Shown: positions 48,771 through 61,626 of the stretch, one piece after another
How the letters are laid out: each line of letters opens with the position of its first letter
Position numbering within the stretch: position 1 is the stretch's first letter
NCBI GenBank assembly: GCA_965153285.1
Contig: OZ229114.1
DNA: 64,000 nucleotides
Strand: one strand, 5' to 3'
Source: Podarcis tiliguerta
Taxonomy: Eukaryota
Made by a program: the position numbers and the translations under genes
Notes under the pieces: model-generated
Told to the model about the DNA's origin: nothing
Seen by the model: the letters and a program-made list of their open reading frames with translations, nothing else
The model's database searches: none

Positions 48771-49086
48771 GTAACTCAGATAGATCTCTTCTAAAGCAAA
48801 TGCTTTCTTGTCTTCTCTAAAGCAGCTGCAGGTTAATGTTCTTGGGAGCAGCCATTAAGTCTATGGAGCAACTAGCCTCTCTTCTCCTGCCTCACACTTG
48901 CAACTCCTGGCTGCACTGCATCCTGTGTGGCTAGCCAGCAGCTTTGTTGCACTGGACAGTTGTAAGGTCCAAATTGCTTGTGTTTTAACTTCCCTGGGCT
49001 TGGCAGCATCATTCCATTTCTACTTGGGCCATTGTATAGAGAGATTTCTTAAGTATGAAATTAGCAAAAGCCTACACTATGCTTCT

Positions 49087-49491
49087 GTACGTTTCCGAGC
49101 ACAATTCAAAGTGCTGGTGTTGACCTTTAAAGCCCTAAACGGCCTCAGCCCAGTTTACCTGAAGGAGCGTCTCCACCCCCATCGTTCTGCCCGGACGCTG
49201 AGGTCCAGCGCCGAGGGCCTTCTGGCGGTTCCCTCATTGCGAGAAGCAAAGCTACAGGGAACCAGGCAGAGGGCCTTCTTGGTAGTGACACCCGCCCTGT
49301 GGAACGCCCTCCCATCAGATGTCAAAGCGATAAACAACTACCTGACATTCAGAAAACATCTTAAGGCAGCCCTGTTCAGGGAAGTTTTTAATGTGTGATA
49401 TTTTAGTGTATTTTTGGTTTCTGTGGAAGCCGCCCAGAGTGTCTGGGGAAACCCAGCCAGATGGGTGGGGTACAAATAATAAATTATTATG

Positions 49492-49526
<35 letters not shown>
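49087..49526 (+). mobile_element. Young L2-type LINE 3' end with (ATT)n tail, in a POLL intron
   Basis: VRFRAQFKVLVLTFKALNGLSPVYLKERL...RAFLVVTPALWNALP, a typical L2 ORF2 C-terminus. Confidence 0.88.
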
Positions 49527-49821
49527 GGTCATTTAAAAGGAATGCAGAGGAAGTCTCTGTCTGCACTGAGAGAAAGACAGAAAAATCTTATAGTTAAAGA
49601 GTAAAGGTCAGATTTTATTTGCAAAAAATTCATAGGCTTCTAAATCCCAATTTAGGAAGGTGGATTCTTGGATAGGAGGGTCTGTGTTAGATACCCTCAG
49701 GAGTCAAGAACCAATTCCCCCCTGCCCAAGCTGAGGCTAGTCATCTCCAAGCTGGAAACAGGTGATATTTCCAGATTAAATCAGCATTGTAGCCTTTTGT
49801 CTGTTTGTGGCTATTTTTCAG

Positions 49822-49995
49822 GAAGCCTGCAAAATCCCTGGAATTGGGAAGCAGATGGCAGAAAAGATTGTGGAGATCCTGGAGAGTGGGCACCTTCGAA
49901 AGCTGGACCACATCAGTGAGAGTGTGTCAGTGCTGGAAGTATTTTCCAATATCTGGGGAGCAGGAGTCAAGACTGCTCAGATGTGGTACCAGCAG
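49822..49995 (+). CDS. POLL: POLL exon (HhH, lyase Lys312)
   Basis: [30 protein letters not shown]...[15 protein letters not shown]; 174 bp. Confidence 0.97.
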
Positions 49996-50173
49996 GTAAT
50001 TTTCTCTCCTTTGCTGTCAACAAGTGCTGCAGTTTTGCTTGTATTATGGTATTGTTACAAGGACCCTGTATGTGAGTTAATTATTTAGTTTCATTGCTGA
50101 AACTGGTATGGAAAAACCTGCTAAAGTGCTAGAGGAGGGAACTTCATACATGTCCCGTGTGTCCTCTGGGCAG

Positions 50174-50302
50174 GGCTTCCGCACTCTGGATGACATCCGC
50201 ACTAAGGCTTCCCTCACCAGCCAGCAGACCATTGGCTTGAAGCACTATGAGGACTTGCTGGAGCGCATGCCACGTGAAGAAGCTGCCCAAATTGAGCAGA
50301 CG
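50174..50302 (+). CDS. POLL: POLL exon (fingers)
   Basis: [43 protein letters not shown]; 129 bp. Confidence 0.97.
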
Positions 50303-50528
50303 GTGAGTACCCCTGTGAGGACTGTGGGCAGGGCAATGTTGAGGCTTAACAGGTCACATGACACACCTCATCAAATCAGCTCTTGAGGCAGCCACGATTC
50401 TGGTAGGTCCCACATAGTTGGACTTCCTCGCAGTTCAAAGGATGATGAGCAAAACTGCTGCCTGTTCTGCCTTTCCTCCCTCCTGGTTGGCAATCTGGCA
50501 CATACCAGTTTCATGCAAACATGTATAA

Positions 50529-50651
50529 CTGGGATGGGAAGCTTTGGTCCTCCAAATGTGGTTGGACTCTGGCTCCCATCATCCCTGACCATTGACTGAT
50601 GGGATTTGGAGACCCAGCAAGATCTGATGGACCCAAGGTTCCCCATCCCAG
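50529..50651. mobile_element. Palindromic hAT-like MITE copy
   Basis: ctgggatgggaa...ggactctggctcccatcatccctg...ggttccccatcccag. Confidence 0.7.
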
Positions 50652-52441
50652 CTCTAAAGAGAGCCTAGAAATCTTACCTGTCTTTTTTTTTGCTACAAAC
50701 CAACAATTCTCACCCCTTTGTTTGCAAGCTCCCAACCTGATAGGCCAGTCTTTCTCTAAAAGGACCCTCAGACTGGCAGAGCAGTGGTGCAAAAACACCT
50801 TGAAAAAATTTGTGGTGCCTCCCATGGTAGGGAAAGGGAGCTTTCTAACTTTCTGAACAGGTCTCCCTTCCTTTTGTGGGTTTGACCAGGATGGTGCTCA
50901 TAGAAGCCAATAGGCAGTTCATAAAATTCTTTTTGGGTTGCAAGTTGTCGACTTATAGGCTGAAGTTACGTGATCCTTTATCACTGCTTCTCCTGTACAT
51001 TGAAATCACCATGGCAGCACTGGGCAGCATGATACTGTCACTCAGTCACAGTGCCTGCCCCTGAAGAATGCATCGTTGCCAGGTAGGGCATCATTCCTCG
51101 CACAGGATTAAAGCTCTTTTGGGAGCCCCTGCCCTTGGGAGTGGACCTATTGTGGGTTTGATGGAATTACCCATTTCTTGCCCACCTCAGGGAGTAGACA
51201 AGAGAATGAGGGGATTAGCTGCTGTCCGTCTGAGACCCAAGGTGCTGTGTGGGGCTGGCTGCTTTCAAGAAAACTTAATTGAGGATGCAGAGGGACAGAT
51301 CTGCATTCGAAAAGCCATGAAAGCTGTTCCCAAATGTTGCAGGGCAAAGGTTAATGAGCTTATCCCTCACTAATGAAGGATGATCCTGGAGACTGACAAG
51401 GAGCACTCAGACCCTCCCCCACCCCCCACCACCGCCCAGCCCCACAACTGCTTCCTTCCCCTCTACCCATGCCACTCTCTATGTTCTGAACCAGCAAGCA
51501 TGTCTTTGTTTAGTAAGGTGGATTATTGGCACCATGATACCCACAATCCTGAATTCTGAAATCACCTTCAAGTGATGCTTTTAAATAAAGCCATCAGAAG
51601 TATGCTGGTGCAGAGAAGCTCTTGGGCGAGGGACTCTTCTTTGGGCACCCACCCACTGGGATGTGATTTCCAGCAGTCTAGGGTTTGACTCCTGCTCCAG
51701 CAAGACATTTTGCTCATCACTGCCAAGAGGTTTCCTTCCATGAAATGGGAAATGGCCCAGCCCTGCAGGAGGGGAGTGCCAGGGTCAGCCAGCCTTACGC
51801 CAGCCCAAAATACTGATCCCTTATGAATTTCGGATGTCCTGGTGACTTTAGGACTGGTTCTGCTGCATCACATATTTTGCTAACACCCTTCTCTTCTAAA
51901 AGGGCTAAAAGGTCCCAGGTCCCACTCTTTTTCAACCTGCTTCATTACAGCTTTGGACAGAATTCTTTGTTTATGCAGCCGAGTAACATCCCATAATTTG
52001 GAAGGGTTATTGTCACCTGTAACTCAAACTACAAATGGGTCACAAGTTAGCTAACCTGCATACGTAACAACTCATGTAATTCAGCATCCTGAGAATTTTA
52101 GCATTCATTATCACCACTGTTGGAGTTTGAAGTTAAATTTACAGTAAACTCCCAAACCCCAGTCGGGCTCAGTACAATTTTCTGTTGCGAAGAGGCTGGA
52201 CTCCTTGCCCTCCCTCATGCCCAGCAGAAGCAGAATAAATTTAATGATTTAATGATTCATACAAGCAAAATAATTCAGCTGTCTTGACAAAAGAATTTGA
52301 ATTATGGTGTATGTTTTGTTTTGTTTTGTTTTACCAACACTGCTGGGGGTAATTGAATCACCACAGTGGATGGGAATGGAAAGATACTTGAAATCAGCAA
52401 CTACACCTCTGCCCGTTCCTCTACACTGTCTTTCACTGCAG

Positions 52442-52610
52442 GTCAGAGAAGCCGCCCAGTTGATCAATCCTGGGCTGGTGTGTGTTGCGTGTGGCTCGTT
52501 CCGGCGGGAAAAGTCCACCTGTGGTGATGTGGACGTGCTGGTGACTCACCCCGATGGGCACTCGCACCAAGGAGTGTTCAGCAAGCTGCTTGATAGCCTC
52601 CGGAAAAGTG
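52442..52610 (+). CDS. POLL: POLL exon (palm, catalytic D427/D429)
   Basis: [39 protein letters not shown]; 169 bp. Confidence 0.97.
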
Positions 52611-53427
52611 GTATGAGGGTATCTGTGGGGCTGGAATATGGCTGGGCAGGGCAAGGGGTCACACTGTTGAACCTTTTCACCACTCTGAAGTCAGCAGAAT
52701 GGGAATCCAGAATGTGTGTCTGGCACTGCCATGTTGAGCTCATCTTGGCACTAAAAGTGCCTATATCTGGGACATCTTCGGAAGGAGCCATCTCCCCCCC
52801 CCCTGTGTAGATAGTTGGGCTCCCTGCATGAGGGACTTTCTAAGAAGGGATGCTTTATTGTGCTTCCATAATATAATAACATGGGTGATTCTGTTTCTTG
52901 ACATATTTCTCTGTACGAATGTCAGAACCTCTTCTCACCTATTCTTATACCGTAAAGATGAGACCCACAACCTAATGAACATAGCAGGTTTGATTAGCTT
53001 CTAGCTTACATTTTGGACTCTTTGTTCTTAGTGCCAACATACAAGGGCAACGGAGCCTCTATCTCTAGCCAAATTTTGGTGAAAGGCTTTACTCTTGCCG
53101 TTCTCCAAGATACTGGTTTAGCTATGTCTCAGATGTTCTTTTAGGAGAGAACATATATTTTGAGAGGCCAGAATGCTGATCATGATCAGGTAGTTCAGGT
53201 CTCTTGTACGTTGAACACCGTGAATTGTCCTGGTGATGCACAATCTTGATAAGAGCATAAGAAGACCCCTGCAGAATCAGGCCAGTACTTAACAGCGGTG
53301 CGCCAGATCCCAGGAGACTCCCTACCAATCATGTTGGTGAGCCAGGAACCCAGTACTGACGCTAGCAAGCAGGGAGCCCTCCAGCACAGGCTTACCACTG
53401 AGTGGGGACAGAAAACAACCCTTGCAG

Positions 53428-53850
53428 GAATCATAGAATTGGGACCCCCCCCCCCCAGAGTCATCTAGTCCAACCCCTTGCAATGCAAGAATCTCAACTA
53501 AAGCATCCACGACAGATGGCCGCCCAACCTCTGCTTTAAAATCTCCAGAGAAGGAAAGTCCACAACTTCCTGAGGGAGTCTGTTCCACTATCGAACAGCT
53601 CTTACCGTCAGAAGGTTCTTCCTGATGTTGAGTCAAAAACTCCTTTCTTGTAACGTGAATCCATTGGTTTAGGGCAAAACAAGCTTGCTCCATCCTCCAT
53701 GTGACAACCTTTGAGAAGATGGCTGTCACATCTTCTCTCAGCCTCTGCTTTCCAGGCCAAACATACCCAGCTCCTTCAACGGCTCCTCATAAGGCTTGGT
53801 TTCCAGATCATCTTGGTCGCCGTCCCCTGCACATGTTCCAGGCACTCTGC
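53428..53850 (-). mobile_element. CR1 LINE 3' end abutting the POLL last-exon acceptor
   Basis: gaatcatagaa...gtcatctagtccaacccc...cccaacctctgcttt...gtctgttccac...cttaccgtcagaaggttcttcctgatgtt. Confidence 0.85.
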
Positions 53851-53886
53851 CAGCCAAACTCCCTGACTTGTGCCTTTCCCCCACAG

Positions 53887-54251
53887 GCTTCCTGACAGAC
53901 GATTTGGTGAGTCAGGAAGACAATGGAAGCCAGAAGAAATACCTTGGGGTCTGTCGTCTGCTAGGACCAGGCCGGCGCCACCGGCGCCTTGACATCATTG
54001 TGGTGCCCTACAGTGAGTTTGCCTGTGCCCTGCTCTACTTCACTGGCTCAGCCCACTTCAACCGCTCCATGCGAGCTCTGGCCAAGACCAAGGGCATGAG
54101 CTTGTCGGAGCATGCCCTCAGCAGCGGGGTGGTGCGTGGAGCCGGTGGCCTCAAAACAGTGCCTGGCGTGGCCCTGTCTACTCCCACCGAGAGGGATATC
54201 TTCATTCACCTGGGGCTGCCTTACCGGGAGCCCCCCGAGAGGGACTGGTGA
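53887..54251 (+). CDS. POLL: POLL terminal coding exon (D490, YFTGS, thumb)
   Basis: FLTDDLV...[31 protein letters not shown]...YREPPERDW-stop; the coding exons total 1728 nt = 575 aa. Confidence 0.97.
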
Positions 54252-55524
54252 CAGGAAGAGAGCTCTTTGAGGATGCCGTCGTGGTGCTTGCATGTGACTC
54301 ACTTGGGACCTTCTAGCCTGCAGACATGTATGCTTTCCTTGGCAAATTTTTGCTGGTGCTAAAGACAGGAGGACTTGTGTGATTACGGGGAGCTGGTCCT
54401 TCTCTGTGCTACCGGGAGGAAAAGCCCAAGGCCCTGAATGGATTCAGTTTTTTAATGGATTGCCATTAGAGAGGCAGTTTTAATGAATGAATGAGAAAAT
54501 TTGTAAAGCGATTTTGCACATTGAAACTCCCATGTAACAGCGGAGGAAGAGTGGTGGGGGGAATGAATAGATTTTTAAGAATGGATTTTTAAGAATGAAT
54601 TTTAAACACACCTTTGCAAAGGTAGCATCCTTTTAAGGCTGCTAGCTTCTCTTATTTGGAGAGGCTGCTTTGCTGCTAAGAGAGGGGAGTTTGTGGTTTG
54701 TTTGCCAAGAAATGAAGTGTCATGGATTTCCATCTCGGGATTAATCTCTTCTAGCTGACATTATATTCTCGCTCCAACCCTGCTCCTGGCCTTGGAAAAT
54801 GTTTTAGAGGTTTTAGAATCTTACCCTTCCCCAAATGGTGGCACAGGATTGTTTCTTTGCATAATTTATGCTAACTGTAGAGCTTGGTATGGTTTCAGGA
54901 TTTGGAACTTCTTGTTAGTACTTTCAGGAGGTGGATAAAGGAGAGGGAGCTACTGCAAGCCAGTAGGGAAGGGGCAGAGAACGGCATGAAGTGAAGACAC
55001 AGCAGGAGGGTAGCTTTGGATGGAATAACTTGGAGGTACTTTTCTAGCACTAAGAAGAATCAGGCAGTGAAACAACTTTGGGGTATATGCTTCTCTGAGT
55101 ACCAAGAAGAGACTGGATCAACATCTTTCAAGAACGTTTCAGATATAGTTTGCAGTTAAATATCAAACTTCTGTGCCAAGGTAAACATAATCCTGTACTA
55201 ATTTGTTATTTCTTTGTTAAATTTCTATATCGCCCTTCATCCAAGGATCACAGGGTGTTTACAATATAAAAACACAAAAATACACTCACTGAGGTCTATT
55301 TACCCAGAAATGCTGCTGAAACACCCATACATTACTGAGACTCCTCAAAGCGCTACCTGCACTCTTTCAAACATGTCTTCACAGCCTTAAAGGCTTGAAA
55401 CTTGTTTCCCCCCCCTTTTAAAAAATGAAGCTGCAGTTCTCAGGGTGCTTTACCACATTCTGCATCTGTATGGCTTGAATAGGAATTAAACAGCAGAATA
55501 CACTTTGCCTTAGCGGATGAGTCA

Positions 55525-55738
55525 GAACTTATTGGAAGTTGCCTAATACCAGATCAGACTATTTCCCCATCTATTGCAATAATGTCTACTCTGACTGGCA
55601 GTGGCTTTCCAGGGTCTCGGGCAGGGATATTCCCAGTCTCTTGCTACATGATCCTTTTAAGTAGGAGATGCTAGGAACTGAAGATCTGGGACCATCTGTT
55701 TGCAGGACAGGTGCTCTGCCACTGAGTCATGGGCCCTT
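55525..55738 (-). mobile_element. Squam3-like SINE antisense within the putative POLL 3'UTR
   Basis: ggaagttgcctaatacc..tctactctgactggcagtggc...gtgctctgccactgagtcatgggccctt. Confidence 0.7.
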
Positions 55739-55935
55739 CGCAGTTCTTGTGTTTGACTAGGTGACCCTTAGGGAAATACACCTTAGTGAGCTGTAGTTAT
55801 CTCATTAGCCCCACAGGCTCCTTTGCGCACCTCCATGTTGTACCTCTGCAGTGTATCACTTAGGGATCAGCACAATAAGGTCCCCTTGTGCTCTGTTCTT
55901 TTGGAAACGAAGGATTGCTGTGATTGCTGAAAGAC

Positions 55936-55941
55936 AATAAA
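55936..55941 (+). terminator. Candidate POLL polyadenylation signal
   Basis: First AATAAA I found after the stop (about 1.7 kb 3'UTR), followed by T/GT-rich sequence. Confidence 0.5.
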
Positions 55942-57328
55942 ACCTGTTAACATGTTTTAAGTTCTGTAATGAATTAGATCCTTGGTTGGACTAATAATGC
56001 AACAGGGATGGCATTCTAAAGCTGCCTCCATGTTCGCTGTAAGTACCGCCTGGATGCTGTGTGGTGTTCCCATAGAGGAATTTGAAATTGCTGATGCAGT
56101 GAAGAACTTGAGGGGAAAGGGAGAAGGAATTCAACCTACTTATCAACTAAATTGAAAGGTGGCTTGATCTGGTATGGGGGGCGCACACACCTTTTCCCCA
56201 ATATAATATTATTGAGGAGCCAATAGATGCTTTGATCTGTCATGGAGATGTAGAACAAGACCTTTTATACAGTAATTGGACTAATTCAGATCAGTGCTGG
56301 TCTGCAATAGGATTCTGTGGATTGGCCTGTTGGCGAGTGATGGAACTGTTAATGGGAAAGTAAAAGTGTTTGAAGTGCTCTCCATCTTGACTTACTGTAT
56401 TGTTGCTTTAGAAGACAAGCTCAGTAGGATATGTTGGTCACAGTGCGGCTTGGAGGGCAATTCCTGGCCTGCCTAAAGGTAAAGCTAGAGGAACTGCTGG
56501 ACCACAATCCTGCTAGCTCTCTTCCCCCCTTGATCTGAGTTCAGAAGGCACAGCTCTTTCCCTGCCCTTTGTCAGTAGCTTTGTGCTGGTGGCAGGGAGC
56601 CACAATTCACACTCAGGCACTAACCACAGCTCCAAATCATCAAAGCCTCCTGCTCCTGCAGGGAAGGGTCCCCCCCCCCCTCCTGTGTTGTTTCTTTTAC
56701 AATGATTGGGGTGGGCACTTGGGCAACCAGGTGGTAAGAATTTCAGGGCAGCAGCATACTTGCAGCTTCCCTAAACCTCAATGGAGCCTCTGCACTGTAG
56801 TTTATGAGGGGGTCTCAATTCAACCCTGATGACTGTAATCTTCTTTTATAATGGATTTTTTTCCCCTTCCCAGAGATTTAGCCTGTGGGGAGACTTGGCC
56901 CCTGTGAGAAAATTCACAGTGCTAGATCACATGTAGTTGTCAAAGTCATTAGCCACTAGTTGCATTTTCACTGTATCACAGGCCTCCCCTCCCATAGCTC
57001 TTCAAGGAGATGCTCCTTATGCTTGCTGGGCTAATGAGACCTGGGGATGTTTTACTGGCAGCGCAGGTTCACATGGGTGTTGCTGTAAGTCAGAAGGACA
57101 ACCCCACCACCTCCTCCTCCAGGTGTGTCTCTAAAGAGACACCCCACACTCGGACCAGTCCCACAGTGGACTCTCCTTCCTGAAAGTCTGTACTCTCAAA
57201 ACACAGTGCTTAAGGTAAAGATGAGGAACCTCTGGACTTCCAGGTGCTGTTGGACTCCAACTCCCATCAGTCCCAGCTAGTATGACCAAGTGGTCAGGGT
57301 TGATGGGAGTTGTGGTGCAATTACATTA

Positions 57329-57600
57329 ATAGAATCGTAGAGTTGGAAGGAACCACAAGGGTTATCTAGTTCCCTAGTCCCTGCAATGCGGGAATCTTCT
57401 GCCCAATATGGGGCTTGAGCTCTTGATCCTGAGATCAATAATAATAATAATAATAATACATTATTTATACCCTGCCCTTCTCGCTGGGTTTCCCCAGCCA
57501 CTCTGGGCAACTCCCAACAGAATATTAAAAACACAATAAAATATCAAACATTTAAAACTTCCCTAAGATCAAGAGTCTCGTGCTCTACCAACTGACTTAT
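57329..57600 (-). mobile_element. tRNA-head/CR1-tail SINE, interrupted by L2
   Basis: agaatcgtagagttggaagg... CR1-type tail; gtgctctaccaactgac is an antisense tRNA-like head. Confidence 0.7.
57439..57565 (-). mobile_element. L2-type LINE 3' tail inserted into a SINE
   Basis: Reverse complement of the L2 3'UTR with TAA repeats; flanked by TSD agatcaa (57432-57438, 57566-57572). Confidence 0.8.
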
Positions 57601-58303
57601 TCCAGGTTGCCCATCCCTGTTTTGAGCCCTGCTGGTCGGATCCTCACTTCTGCAATGCAGACAGAAGCCATGTGCCCTACACTGAATATTTCAGCCTGTG
57701 TTGCTAAAGGTCTGGAGGACAGACACCTACAGAAATACTGCCTACCTGTAAGGTGACAGGAGGCAAGGGAGGACTGAGCTCCTGTGCCATTAAATATTAG
57801 TGTTGAGTAAATGTTGCTCTCTTTCGGTTCTGCACGACTAGAACCACCTGCCACAAACCCCTCTTCTCTTAAAGGTACAAGAGCCTTTCCTTCCTTTGCA
57901 GCTCATCACTCTGGAGCTGCTGCCTGAACTAGACCAACCGGTTTATGTCATGGTGAGCTATGGGGGAAAGGCCAGATTTGTAGTGCTGTCTACTTTGAGC
58001 AATCTGACATGGCATTTAAGTTAACGTAATTGCTTCATAGGAGAAACTAAAAAAAAAGTGGACCTCCATGATTTGAGGTCACAGTATCCAGTTGTGCTGG
58101 GATCTGTGCTTGAGATTAGTAAGTTGGTGGCATGATATCTGAAGTACAGATGAATAACTTGGATCTTAAGGTAACAGAAGGAAAGTTCCCCCCTCCGCCA
58201 TGCAAGCACCTGCTTCTCCAGGTGTTTGGGGGCCCTCTTGGGCAAAGGACAATTCTGGGTGAGTCTACCCAGCAGCTCCTCAGACCCCCTTCCACATTCC
58301 ATT

Positions 58304-58672
58304 CCTAAACAGCCTCTGTCCAGTATATCTGAAGGAGCGTCTCCACAGCCATCGTTCTACCCAGACACTTGAGGTCCAGCACCGAGGGTCTTCTGGCGGT
58401 TCCCTCACTGGAAGAAGCCAAGTTACAGGGAAACAGGCAGAGGGCACCTGCCCTTTGGAATGTCCTCCCACCAGATGTCAAAGAGAACTACCAGACTTTT
58501 AGAAGACATCTAAAGGCAGCCCTGTTTAGGGAAGCTTTTAATGTTTGGTGATTACTGTGTTTTGATATTTTGTTGGGGGCCACCCAGAGTGGCTAGGGAG
58601 GCCCAGCCAGATGGGCGGGGTATAAATAAATTAATAACAACAACAACAACAACAACAATAATTTTTATTATT
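58304..58672 (+). mobile_element. L2-type LINE 3' end with (AAC)n tail
   Basis: Same family as the copies at 21461 and 49087, with small deletions. Confidence 0.85.
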
Positions 58673-59029
58673 CTGGAGCCTCCCCTCCAAGAGGTTTGGG
58701 GGGGAAGCAAGTGGGGAGAAGAAGCTTTTGCTCCTCTAGCTTCCTTAATTACAGCTAATCCACACCTCTCGTCCATTTGACTTTACCTCAGAACATGTAT
58801 TCTCACAATCTTGAATGAGCACAAGTATATGGCACGTTATTCATATAATATGACAACTACATCTGTTTACATCAAGATTATACTGATGTTTACAATTACA
58901 ATAATAATAATTTACAAAAGACGTCATGCAGTTCTCAAAACAGCAACTGCTTCTCTTCCCTCTTGCAATTTGAACAATCTTAGTTAAATTTGTCATCTCA
59001 GCAGTTGTCCAGTGTTCATGCGTTATAAT

Positions 59030-59155
59030 CAGGAGGGGGAACGTGCAGCCCTCCAGTTGTTGGACTACAACTCCCATCATCCCTGACGGTGGCCTTTGCT
59101 GGCTGAGACAGATGGGACTTGGAGTCCAACATCCTCTAGAAGAGGAAGTTTCCTG
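59030..59155. mobile_element. Palindromic hAT-like MITE copy
   Basis: caggagggggaacgtgcagccctccagttgttggactacaactcccatcatccctg. Confidence 0.7.
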
Positions 59156-61626
59156 GGCTTCTTTCTGGGCTGGGTTTCACAGTATTTGCTTGGTCCTTGG
59201 GTAAGCTCACCCTGTACCATCGAGAGCTACTAGTTTCCCTTTTTATCCTGTGTTGACACAAGCAATTTTCATGCATCACCATTCAAGTTGCTTGGCTCCC
59301 CAATTCAGATCATGCACATTGTGTGTTATAAGGGGGTCCTCTTGTGGTCAAGACAGGTAATGACATGTTCTGCTAACTCCCTTTTTATAGGCAGAATCTC
59401 TAGTGCATGTTTCTGTGATGGTTTCAGAAGGTTCCATTCTTTCGTAACCTGCAGGACTATTTCGGTGGCCAGGAAAGTCCCTGTGCATGAAATACTATGC
59501 CTCTTGGGAAGGCACCTTAGGAGCTGTAGGACAAACCAGCTCTCCTCTCAATAAGGAAGCAGAGTTCTGATGTTAGAGAGGGTGATCCACGTTGGGGCAG
59601 TTTGGGGAGCATGCTGGAGAACTGCAAGCCATTCCAGTTTCTTTCCCCAGCCAGAAAAAATTCAGATAATCTCTGGAGCTGCTTTAAGTCTGTGAATTTC
59701 CCATGGTTCCCAGTGGGAGGGAAACCATATATACACAACCATATAGGCTAGAAACTTGCTTCTAACAAGGGGAAGAAAACCAAAGTTCTCAGATGGCCAG
59801 GAACCTATTCTGAATTTTCTGTTCTTCTATGGCGTTGCAGTATACACACCACCTTAGTCTGAGGGATCTCTAAAAGGTTCGTCCAACTGCTCTAAAGCAG
59901 GGATTCCAAGACATTCCTGACTACCACCTCTTATACTTCTTTTTCTGATAAAATTTAGGGAAAATATTTTGGAAAATGAAGGGTTATCCCCTAACTTTTC
60001 TCAGTAACTTGTCCCATTGTTCGTTTCTGTTTTATTATTTGAGTTCCACTAAATACCTACCATTGCACCATAAAACTGTTGCTTTCACCCTTTCTTCTGT
60101 CACAGTGAAGCATAGCTGTCATTCCCGCTCCTTGAGAGCAGCTTATAAGTATTTAAAATCATTTTCCAACTTAATCTGCCTTCGTCTACAATAAATATGT
60201 TTTATTGTCTTCAACCTCTCCGCATGTCTTGCATCCCACTGCTTTTTTCCTTTAAATTTATTTCATTGTGTTAATATCCATTCACAACATGACTATCAAA
60301 GCTGGGTGCTTTCTCCCTCCATTTGCGGGCACAAGCGCCGTAAAGCAGGCCTGCATCTCCAGTACAGCGTTGCTTCTAATGCATCTTCCAAACAGCATTT
60401 GCCTTTCTGGGAGCAGCATCGCCTGCCTGACTCATGTTCAGCTTATGACCTCCTATAGCCCCTAGATTCCCTGCCTGTCATCATAATCAATTGCGCAAAG
60501 ACCTCTTTCACTGAGATAAAGTTAGATGAGCAAAATATCACTTCTGAGATGCGGCTGAACAGCCTGGAATGTTTGCCCAGGAATGGCGCACCGTGCAGCT
60601 GAACATGGAAGAAATCCACGTCTCCTGCAATTATATCATCTCACAATTATACATGGTGTTTTGTGTAAATTCAAACACATTACCGACACACACACACAGC
60701 ATAATTGTCAGCCTTCAATGCATAGAAGGAGACCCTTGGATAAAGCAGTTAAAGTTTCACAGGACGATAAATGTGTGGGTTGTAAGTGGCTTTGTGAAAC
60801 TTCTCCTGGAATAGGGTGTGGAAGAATTTCATGACACATTCTGGTAAGTTTGTTAATTTAGTGGTTGGTAAATGCAGTTTGTTATAAATGAAATGAAAAG
60901 CCTAGGAAATAGGATGAAAGAGCAGGTGAATTCTACCTCAGAGCTTCAGTAATCATGAATTATGTTTTGGCCTGCGGTAGACATTGAAGAGTAAGGAGGT
61001 AGAGGACTCTTAACACTTAACCGCTAGGGGTATTTATGAGGTTGCCCATGCAGGTCAACTCTGGGAGAGTGGCAGAAGCAGCTAACCAGACCAGAAGGAG
61101 GACCAGTCTAAATGCCAGTCTCTCTCTGGGCTACTACTTTTCCCAAATGGAAAAATGTGAATTTAAGAGAAGTTGACTTTGCTCCACTGATTTTTGGCAT
61201 TAGGAGCAGGTATGAGCCACATAGTTTGTGCCTCTGCTAGCACGTTCAGAAATTTAAGATGGGTATCAGACTCTCACCAGGTGGCCTCTGATGCTGGGTT
61301 ATTCTTTTTCTGGGAAGTTCCTACCCCTGCGCATAGACTGTGAGTCTGATGATCCTGAAAATTAAAATTCAGCTAAATGCTGCAGCAGATTAGTTGGAGA
61401 AGAAGCCCAAGGAAATGGGAATTGGGGCTTCCTGGGGTGGAGTAACAACACTTACAGCTCTAGTCCCAGAGAAAACTGCTGCTTCTGCTCCTCCATATAT
61501 CCAGCACTGCATATTGCTTTCATCTTAAGTACCTTTGCATTAGCTACGTGCTCTACTTTCAAAAAATACTGCAAGGTGACATTTCCTACCTTGCAATAAA
61601 TGTTGTTGTCATTGTGTTAGTCCAAA

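Noticed and set aside
48898-49398. 166-aa ORF in a POLL intron
   Set aside because: L2 ORF2 C-terminus joined to random flank; not a host exon.
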